From NCBI GenBank assembly GCA_002422725.1, contig DITE01000007.1:10957-74956 (forward strand): a stretch of DNA of 64,000 bases, written 5' to 3'. Made by a program: the position numbers and the translations under genes. This document shows, one piece after another, positions 56,939 to 64,000 of this stretch (its first letter is position 1; each line of letters begins with the position of its first letter). Origin of the DNA: Bacteroidales bacterium UBA6192. Lineage in GTDB: Bacteria > Bacteroidota > Bacteroidia > Bacteroidales > F082. The notes beneath the pieces were generated by a model that was not told the DNA's origin, ran no database searches, and saw only the letters and a program-made list of their open reading frames with translations.

Positions 56939-58669
56939 ATGAAGAAAAATCTAATCCTATGTGCTGCTGTCCTGCTGGTTCTTGCCACACCGGCAATCAG
57001 TTTGGCCTGCACCAATTACCTGGTTACAAAAGGCGCTTCTGTCGATGGCTCCACCATGATTACCTATGCCGCTGATTCACACGTGCTGTATGGCGAATTG
57101 TATCACTGGAATGCTGGTGAACACCCTGAAGGAACCATGATCGATGTGTATGAATGGGACACAGGAAAATATCTTGGTAAGATCAAGCAAGCTCCCCGCA
57201 CCTACAATGTTGTTGGAAACATGAATGAATATCAGGTTGCCATTGGCGAAACTACCTATGGCGGAAGAGGAGAACTTGTTGACACCACCGGTATAATTGA
57301 TTATGGAAGTCTGATTTACCTTACCCTACAACGCAGTCGCTCGGCACGTGAAGCGATCAAGGTGATGGCCGAACTCGTTTCCGAATATGGTTATTACAGT
57401 TCAGGTGAATCGTTTAGTATTGCCGACAAGGATGAAGTCTGGTTTATGGAACTCATTGGCAAAGGCGTCGGAAACAAGGGCGCAGTCTGGGTTGCCTTGC
57501 GCATTCCTGATGGATATGTTTCAGGACATGCTAACCAGGCACGTATTACAACTTTTCCGCTGGAAAACAAAAAAACATCCATTTCGTCAAAACATCTCGA
57601 CAAAATTTTTGAACCTGCCATTGAGGTTGTCTATGCTGCAGATGTTATCAGTTTTGCACGCGAAAAAGGATGGTACGAAGGAAAAGACAAAAACTTCAGT
57701 TTTTCCGACACCTATGCTCCGGTCTCTTTCGGTGGTGCCCGTTTCTGTGAAATCAGGGTTTGGACCATGTTTAACCAGGTGAGCTCAGGAATGGAAAACT
57801 ATTGGGAATATGTAAAAGGCAATATTGCACACGCCGATAAGTTTGAGGATGGAACAGAAAATCCGAACAAATACGCTACCAATAGAATGCCACTCTGGAT
57901 TAAGCCCGAGAAGAAAGTATCAAATCACGATTTAATGATGTATATGCGCGACTACCTTCAGGGAACCGAGCTGGATATGAGCAAGGATTTCGGAGCCGGC
58001 CCTCATGGCCTTCCATACCGCTGGCGTCCGCTGACCTGGAAAGTAGATGGGATAACCTATGTAAACGAAAGAGCAACAGCAACCCAGCAAACCGGTTTTT
58101 CATTTGTTACCCAGTCGCGTAACTGGTTACCCGATGCCATTGGCGGAATAATCTGGTGGGGTGTCGATGACGCCAACACATCTGTTTATATGCCAATGTA
58201 TTCAAGCATTACCAAAGTTCCGCATAACTTCGAAAGAGGGAATGGCGCCATGATGAAATGGTCAGAAACTTCCGGGTTCTGGATTTTCAATCTGGTTTCC
58301 AACCTGTCCTACACACGATACAACATGATTCAACCCGATGTTGAAAAAGTGCGGAATCAACTTGAGGCTGATTTCATCGAACGTACTGCTTCGGTTGATG
58401 CAGCAGCCCTTAAACTGTTTCAGGAAGACAAAGCGAAAGCCCTTGCTTTTTTAACCGACTACAGCTGCGATCAGGGTGCACGCACCTTTAATGCATACAA
58501 AACCCTCCATCAGGAATTATTCATGAAATACATGGATGGAAACGTGAAGACCAGGGTTGAAGGCCAGCAAAACCCCGATGTTAAACAACCCGGGTATAGC
58601 GAACAGTTTTTGAGAAAAATCGTTGAAGAAACCGGTGAAAAACTCAAGGCAGGATCGGCTGATCATTGA
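56939..58669 (+). CDS. C69-family dipeptidase
   Basis: A signal peptide ends '...AISLACTNYLVTKGASVDGSTMITYAADS', which gives the Cys nucleophile at the mature N-terminus typical of peptidase C69. I prefer the ATG at 56939. Confidence 0.8.
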   Translation: MKKNLILCAAVLLVLATPAISLACTNYLVTKGASVDGSTMITYAADSHVLYGELYHWNAGEHPEGTMIDVYEWDTGKYLGKIKQAPRTYNVVGNMNEYQVAIGETTYGGRGELVDTTGIIDYGSLIYLTLQRSRSAREAIKVMAELVSEYGYYSSGESFSIADKDEVWFMELIGKGVGNKGAVWVALRIPDGYVSGHANQARITTFPLENKKTSISSKHLDKIFEPAIEVVYAADVISFAREKGWYEGKDKNFSFSDTYAPVSFGGARFCEIRVWTMFNQVSSGMENYWEYVKGNIAHADKFEDGTENPNKYATNRMPLWIKPEKKVSNHDLMMYMRDYLQGTELDMSKDFGAGPHGLPYRWRPLTWKVDGITYVNERATATQQTGFSFVTQSRNWLPDAIGGIIWWGVDDANTSVYMPMYSSITKVPHNFERGNGAMMKWSETSGFWIFNLVSNLSYTRYNMIQPDVEKVRNQLEADFIERTASVDAAALKLFQEDKAKALAFLTDYSCDQGARTFNAYKTLHQELFMKYMDGNVKTRVEGQQNPDVKQPGYSEQFLRKIVEETGEKLKAGSADH

Positions 58670-58700
58670 TTTGCCTGTTTTTCATTTGAATAGTTTAAAT

Positions 58701-58735
58701 AAAGGCTGCCTGATTTTTGGCAGCCTTTACATTTT
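58701..58735. terminator. Bidirectional stem-loop terminator between convergent genes
   Basis: AAAGGCTGCC (58701-58710), loop TGATTTTT, GGCAGCCTTT (58719-58728). It is flanked by T/A-rich runs on both sides. Confidence 0.65.
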
Positions 58736-58745
58736 TGTGATTTCT

Positions 58746-58860
58746 CTTATTGAACTGGTCTTTCTCCGTCCAAAAGGCCTGATGAACCTCGAAATGGATA
58801 AAAATATGTTCCTCAGGCAAATCTATTCCTGACGAAGTTGTTATGCAAGCAGAGCCCGGC
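58746..58860 (-). pseudogene. Remnant of a T9SS C-terminal sorting domain (orphan 3' end of a paralog)
   Basis: It translates to '...DLPEEHIFIHFEVHQAFWTEKDQFNK'. The end of the adjacent intact gene reads 'ELPSGTYFIHFEGNQAFWTEKVVIK'. The matching DNA strings 'tccaaaaggcctgat..cctcgaaatggataaaa' occur at about 58768 and 58883. Confidence 0.6.
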
Positions 58861-58861
58861 C

Positions 58862-60034
58862 TTATTTGATTACAACCTTCTCTGTCCAAAAGGCCTGATT
58901 GCCCTCGAAATGGATAAAATATGTCCCTGAAGGCAATTCCCGGGTATCCACTATAGTAACAACATGAACCAAACCGGCTTTTTTGACCAGATTACCCCGG
59001 GTGTCGAGTATCGAATAACTGGTATAATTGCTTAAGTCGTCCAGGGAGCAGGTGAATTGAATGTAACCATCAGCAGGATTGGGATGAACTTTAATCCCAG
59101 ATTTAGTCTCGTTCTTACTGTTCGAAACACTTGTTGTCAGGCAATCAGGCAGCAGCACAAACTCAAGTTGCCCCTGGTTGTTGACCCGTCCGCGCCAGCA
59201 ATTTCCGTCGGGCGATTTCATGATGATTCCATGGTTGATGTCCTCAATATAAACATCACCATCTGCAACATGCAGTTTTGCTAAGGGTTCGGAGCTACCT
59301 ATCCCAACGTTCCCGTTCTGAAACACAAAATGCTTGCTACTTTGGGTGCTGAAAGTGAAGTTTTGGTTGTTGGCTGCCTGTATGCTGTGGTTGGGTGTAA
59401 ACAGCATGCGCGAGTAGATGTTGTCGCCTGATGTGCCGGTGGCTTCAAGCTGTAGCGTGGCCGGCTCATTGGCATCGGCCCGGATGTGCAGCTTGGCCTC
59501 ATGATCGGTGACGTTGCCGATGCCAACGCGGCCTGATTGGAAACCCAATTCCGTTCTGCTTACAAACATCGTGGGAAATGCGCTGTTGAAGCCAACCATC
59601 AGACTTTCCTGATTATTGTTAGTTAGTTTGGCATCTACATTCCCTTTACCAATTACGAAAGCACCATTACGAGAGATTAAATTATGGCCCAAAACTAGGG
59701 AAAAGTCAGATTCTGAAGTGCTATTGCCACCAAAGGCGTAGGAAAAATTGCCTAATGCGAAAGTAGTACTTCCAATCACATAGGAATGTCCGCCAGAAGC
59801 TCTTGAATCGCTACCGATTACAACTGCATTAGATTGATCTGCAATAGAATTTCGACCAGCAACAAAGCTATAATTTCCACTCGCACTGTTAGATTCTCCA
59901 AAAGCTGAAGCTTTGATCCCTGAAACAGTATTTCCTGGACAAGTTGAACAAATTTGTCCAAAACAATCGTTGTAAAGTGCTAAAATGATAAACAAAGCAA
60001 CAATAGTTCCAATAAATGTAGGTTTGATTTTCAT
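58862..60034 (-). CDS. T9SS-sorted surface protein with YadA-head-like Ser/Gly/Asn repeats
   Basis: 390 aa with a signal peptide. It has repeats 'SASGNYSFVAGRNS / SRASGGHSYVIGST / FALGNFSYAFGGNS', 'GNVGIGSSEPLAKLHV' and a C-terminal 'VHPNPADGYIQF...GTYFIHF'. Confidence 0.65.
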   Translation of the reverse strand: MKIKPTFIGTIVALFIILALYNDCFGQICSTCPGNTVSGIKASAFGESNSASGNYSFVAGRNSIADQSNAVVIGSDSRASGGHSYVIGSTTFALGNFSYAFGGNSTSESDFSLVLGHNLISRNGAFVIGKGNVDAKLTNNNQESLMVGFNSAFPTMFVSRTELGFQSGRVGIGNVTDHEAKLHIRADANEPATLQLEATGTSGDNIYSRMLFTPNHSIQAANNQNFTFSTQSSKHFVFQNGNVGIGSSEPLAKLHVADGDVYIEDINHGIIMKSPDGNCWRGRVNNQGQLEFVLLPDCLTTSVSNSKNETKSGIKVHPNPADGYIQFTCSLDDLSNYTSYSILDTRGNLVKKAGLVHVVTIVDTRELPSGTYFIHFEGNQAFWTEKVVIK

Positions 60035-60040
60035 TGTTAT

Positions 60041-61498
60041 TTAGTATTTAGTAAATTTTTGGGTTTCAATAATCTTTTTATCAATTGTAAAAGAAATCAC
60101 ATATGCTCCGGCCGGATAAAGCGATATATCAATCATGCTATTTTTATCACCTGAATACCCCTCATACAAAACCCTGTTTTGCATATCACGTAAAGCAAAG
60201 GTATATTGTGGCAGTGTGGTCTCAACATGAAGCTGTGTAGTAGCCGGGTTAGGATATATCCGAAAACTGTACAAAGGTTCTTCAGACCCAACTATGTAGA
60301 CTAGTTCGCCATCCTTATCAAGCTTTAAAAACAACACATTAAAAACCTTGGTTGTGTGGTTAAACTTGCGTGCGCTTAAAAAGCATCCACCATCGCTAGT
60401 TGCCTTTATATATCTTGTATCATAGTAGCCATCACCGCCAATATAGCGCCTGTATCGTTCCTGTAGCTGTTCATTGGTTTGGCCCATCATAATATAGTTG
60501 GTATATTGCTCCGGAGGATAACCGATATATACGTCAATGGTGCCTGCATAAAAAATACTGTCGTAATTTTGAAAGCTGATGGGAGAATCCCATGCGGGAT
60601 AATCAAACGAATCATATTCGCCAAACTGATTGAAGTGGATCGGGTTCATCAAGGTGTCGTACAAACCAATACACAGCTCATCATCCTGGAACTGAGCACC
60701 AATACGTCTGCATTCATAAGCCAGGTAAAAGCTTGTATCGTCTTTCCACCTGAGTGTCATTGTCCTCATTTCATAAGGATCAAGGGCCTCGCTGTACAAA
60801 TGGTTGAAAGTAGTATCGAACACCGCCCTTGACGCCTGGTTGATAGGATCAAGGCCCCCTTTCGAAAACAACCAAATCCTGTTTCCAGCAGGGTTAAATG
60901 TGTATTCAAAAAGATCCATAGTACCATCATGATATATATGGTACCTGACAATATTTCCCTGGTTATCTAACCTAATGAAAAAGGGGCGCAAACTACCTGA
61001 TATGGTAAAAGTGATATATCCAAATGCATAATAGCCATAATTATCAGGGTAAATGTTGCTTATGAACATATCATATATTTCAGGAAGAAAATGATGTTTT
61101 GACCACATTTTATTAAACTGGTCATCAACCTCCATGAACATTAACGAAAGTGAATCACTGTCAGGGTATCGGGAAAAACCGGCTATAAGATATCCACCAT
61201 TATTGTTTTCAGCAATGGAAGAAAATCCAAACACGGTATCCCCCATTACCGGATACAATGTACTGGTATCGCCCAATGGACTAAATTTCAAAAATCCAGC
61301 CCTATATAATTCTACACCAGGGGCATAGTCATGGCCTATATACTCGGTTACCAGTGCAACCAGATTACCATTAGCTTCCTCAACCACTTCATTTGGGTAT
61401 TTTATATACTCCGATTCCAGAAAAAAGCTAAAAGTGTTTTGTGCTAAAGTCTGGTTGCAAAAAAGAAAAAGAGCTACTATAACTGAATATCTAGTCAT
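60041..61498 (-). CDS. T9SS-sorted secreted protein, unknown function
   Basis: C-terminal 'RIYPNPATTQLHVETT...GAYVISF'. It shows recurrent 'L(K/R)(F/L)(D/S)xxG(D/N/E)' strand motifs. I prefer the ATG at 61498 (MTRYSVIVALFLF..., signal peptide) over the track start at 61600. Confidence 0.6.
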   Translation of the reverse strand: MTRYSVIVALFLFCNQTLAQNTFSFFLESEYIKYPNEVVEEANGNLVALVTEYIGHDYAPGVELYRAGFLKFSPLGDTSTLYPVMGDTVFGFSSIAENNNGGYLIAGFSRYPDSDSLSLMFMEVDDQFNKMWSKHHFLPEIYDMFISNIYPDNYGYYAFGYITFTISGSLRPFFIRLDNQGNIVRYHIYHDGTMDLFEYTFNPAGNRIWLFSKGGLDPINQASRAVFDTTFNHLYSEALDPYEMRTMTLRWKDDTSFYLAYECRRIGAQFQDDELCIGLYDTLMNPIHFNQFGEYDSFDYPAWDSPISFQNYDSIFYAGTIDVYIGYPPEQYTNYIMMGQTNEQLQERYRRYIGGDGYYDTRYIKATSDGGCFLSARKFNHTTKVFNVLFLKLDKDGELVYIVGSEEPLYSFRIYPNPATTQLHVETTLPQYTFALRDMQNRVLYEGYSGDKNSMIDISLYPAGAYVISFTIDKKIIETQKFTKY

Positions 61499-61662
61499 AA
61501 CTAATCTATTGGAGGTACTAGGCCATAAATTACTTGAAATTACTTGCGCCATTACCAACAGGTTCCTGTGGGCAATAGACACATTCCTGACTCTTGACAT
61601 TGTTAAGGCAGAGTATTGCTATTACTAAAACAAATACATGCTTTTTCATTTTGATTAGATTG

Positions 61663-63171
61663 TTAATGTATTACTATTTTTCCTTTCTCGATTAGGCCGG
61701 TTTCATTTCTGATAGCCCACATATAAATTCCTTTGGGGAAATGCCTTACTTTAATTCTGGATTCCAAAGCACTCAATGCTTGAGAAGAAACTAATGAGCC
61801 AGTTAAGTTATATAAATCAAATATTGCATGTTGATACTCAGCTGTTCGCACAATCATATCCTCGCTGGCCGGGTTTGGAAAGACTATGGCCCTTTTCAAT
61901 CCAAAATATGGATTGTTCGGGCTTGCCTCTTCATGTATCCCAACCGTAAGTTCCAGACTATCATACTTCACTATGTAAGCATCACGCTCTTTGTATTGAG
62001 TAAGATGGTCAAACCTAGTTGTACAAAAAATAAGCCCTCCATCTTTGGTAGCTGCCATATGCGAGAACCAATAATAAGCATCTCCCCCGAAGTACTTCTC
62101 GGTCAGCAGATTCAAGTCCTGATCAAATTTGCCAATGGCAACCCAGGAAGGATGGCCTACCCACAAATCCGGTTCATAGTCAAAAGTGCATATGCTGTAA
62201 ATGGCATCCGGGTAATGGTAGTCCAAATGCTTAAACCCTGTATGTTTATTAATTAGTCGGTCAGGATTGGTAAATGAGGCTGAATCAGTCACCTGGAGCA
62301 ACGTATCAAAGGAATAGAGATTAATTTGCTGTTTTCCATTAGTAAAAGGAAACCAAAACAGCCCGGATACAATGAGTCTTCCATCAGGCAAAAGACAGGA
62401 CGAAACACGATCAAAAAATCTTCGATGTGGCAGTGCCCTGATTTGTTCCAAATTAAGATCAAGTTCAATCATTTCACTCTCGGCCCAAAAAACATCATCG
62501 TATGCCCCGGATGTTTGGAGTACAAACCCGCTTGAATCATGGTTATAGGTAACATCATACACGTATCTTCCCGCACTGTCACCATGATAGGTTCTTGCGG
62601 CAAGGCTGTCTCCAAAATCCGAAAACTTAAACAACACCAGGGTTTTTTGATCATTATTAAAATTTGCTGCAAAAAGGTTCTCCTGTGCGTCAAGTTTAAG
62701 GTATTGAGGAAAATAAATCGTGTATCCCCAAACTGATAGAGGACGCAATTGGAACACCTTTTTCCAAATAATATTGAAATCCTCATCAAGTTTGGTGAAT
62801 ATCTGAAACGTTTGTGAATGATGGTTTCCGGCTAAATAGGCATTCTCAAAGAGTACATACCCCACAGGATCATTTTCTAGATTCCAAACACCCTTTTCAA
62901 CGATAATAGTGTCCTGATGTGAAGCGAGTACTTTTGCCGCTATGGAATCGCCTTGGGGATTTAGTTTAAGCAAATACCTTGTTATTATCTCTGTATTCAA
63001 GTCTTGTTTACCATATATGCCAACAAAGTTTCCCGCACCATCCTCAAAAATACTTCCTGCACCTTCATCTGCAAGCTCTGCCTTAATATAGACAAAGCTA
63101 TGTTGAGCAAACAGTACAATACATTGAAAATGAATAAATATTGTCAGTATAATTCTCATTAAAACTTTCAT
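61663..63171 (-). CDS. T9SS-sorted secreted protein, unknown function (distant paralog of the preceding gene)
   Basis: 502 aa with a signal peptide. 'LLKLNPQGDS' and 'HMAATKDGGLIFCTTRFDH' compare with 'IKATSDGGCFLSARKFNH' in its neighbour. C-terminal 'VFPNPASEDMIVRT...GIYMWAI'. Confidence 0.6.
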   Translation of the reverse strand: MKVLMRIILTIFIHFQCIVLFAQHSFVYIKAELADEGAGSIFEDGAGNFVGIYGKQDLNTEIITRYLLKLNPQGDSIAAKVLASHQDTIIVEKGVWNLENDPVGYVLFENAYLAGNHHSQTFQIFTKLDEDFNIIWKKVFQLRPLSVWGYTIYFPQYLKLDAQENLFAANFNNDQKTLVLFKFSDFGDSLAARTYHGDSAGRYVYDVTYNHDSSGFVLQTSGAYDDVFWAESEMIELDLNLEQIRALPHRRFFDRVSSCLLPDGRLIVSGLFWFPFTNGKQQINLYSFDTLLQVTDSASFTNPDRLINKHTGFKHLDYHYPDAIYSICTFDYEPDLWVGHPSWVAIGKFDQDLNLLTEKYFGGDAYYWFSHMAATKDGGLIFCTTRFDHLTQYKERDAYIVKYDSLELTVGIHEEASPNNPYFGLKRAIVFPNPASEDMIVRTAEYQHAIFDLYNLTGSLVSSQALSALESRIKVRHFPKGIYMWAIRNETGLIEKGKIVIH

Positions 63172-63297
63172 TATTAGGCCTATGTTTTTAATTGCTCATT
63201 CAAAATGTCTGTTTTATATACTGTTACTACAGATTAACTTGCACTGACCCTGCCAAGGTGCAGTGGAGTTTGCCTAATTATTTTTCATGCTTCCATT

Positions 63298-64000
63298 CTA
63301 ATGTCTTACGAACAAGGCTCCTTTATAAAACTGTTTGTTCTTTTCAATTTGAAGGTAATAAACAGCAGGGGATAGTCCTGACAAATCTAGTCGCATTGAT
63401 GCATAAAGGGCTTCCCCTTCCTTTATCGTTTTTCCATTCATGTCGGTAATCTTGTATCTGTAAGTACTATTCATATCAAACCCTGACAAATCGAAATGCA
63501 ACGATTCTGTTACTGGATTTGGATAAACCTTAAGTCTTATTTCGGAAGGTATGAAAAAATCGTGCTGATGTACGAAGAGATCGTTTCTGAGAATTTCAAC
63601 ACCCTGATATACGGGTAAATATAATAATCCTGATCGAACTTCGAAATCTCGGACAGGTAATCTGCGAGGGTAATAACCACATAATTGCGGTGAATGTAAT
63701 TCTGACATGTCATACACAGATATTCCATATGCCCAGTCAGTGAGATATAAGTAATTGTTTTCAGAGGTAATTGAACCACGAATTATTCCGCACGAGAAAT
63801 TCTTTACGAAGGAAATGTTGTTCATGTTTTCTGTATTATAAACCTCGATGCAGTAATCGGTTAATTGCCCGGAACTTCCTTTTAATACATAAAAACAGTT
63901 TGTTCCCCATGCAACAGAAATAGTGCTGAAAGTTTGTTTGTCAAACACTTTCTGAGAATTTGCCGGATCGGTGATGTCATAGATTTCAAAACCCAAAAAG
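63298..64000 (-). CDS. T9SS-sorted protein with LVIVD-like beta-propeller repeats, partial (N-terminus outside the window)
   Basis: The ORF is open to the window end. 'FEIYDITDPANSQKV' and 'GISVYDMSELHSPQL' are LVIVD-like. C-terminal 'VYPNPVTESLHFDL...AVYYLQI'. Confidence 0.6.
   Translation of the reverse strand, partial: FLGFEIYDITDPANSQKVFDKQTFSTISVAWGTNCFYVLKGSSGQLTDYCIEVYNTENMNNISFVKNFSCGIIRGSITSENNYLYLTDWAYGISVYDMSELHSPQLCGYYPRRLPVRDFEVRSGLLYLPVYQGVEILRNDLFVHQHDFFIPSEIRLKVYPNPVTESLHFDLSGFDMNSTYRYKITDMNGKTIKEGEALYASMRLDLSGLSPAVYYLQIEKNKQFYKGALFVRH

Overview
The window looks like chromosomal DNA from a Bacteroidota-type bacterium. At least nine proteins end in T9SS-style C-terminal sorting domains ('(F/Y/H)PNP(A/S/V)...'), TAnnTTTG -7 boxes sit upstream of several genes, and LytS/LytTR two-component systems are common. 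I call about 53 protein-coding genes. I recognised no rRNA, tRNA, CRISPR array, transposase or integrase.

Housekeeping genes I recognise: cysS, mnmA, asd, ribF, ppnP, acpS, an rhlE-like DEAD-box helicase and a cold-shock-domain protein.

Four regions deserve a second look:
1. 1-11836: ten tightly spaced genes, all on the minus strand. They combine a partner-switching set (two STAS proteins and an RsbW-like kinase) with an ECF sigma/anti-sigma pair, a PrsW-type membrane protease, two tandem unknown paralogs, a HExxH/beta-propeller/barrel-like envelope protein, and a membrane-anchored protein built from three tandem ABC-type substrate-binding domains.
2. 40826-47288: an operon of an AcsA-like adenylating ligase, a small carrier protein and an alpha-oxoamine synthase, closed by a clean terminator. 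It is followed by an SMP-30-like lipoprotein, a second Kbl-like alpha-oxoamine synthase and acpS.
3. 14925-15982: a HEPN/nucleotidyltransferase cassette bracketed by 85-bp direct repeats. The repeats are copies of the promoter region of the neighbouring tandemly duplicated BNR/T9SS genes.
4. 27650-33000: a visibly AT-rich block starting right after a truncated flavin-reductase-like gene.

All functional calls rest on motif and family recognition by eye. No database search was run.
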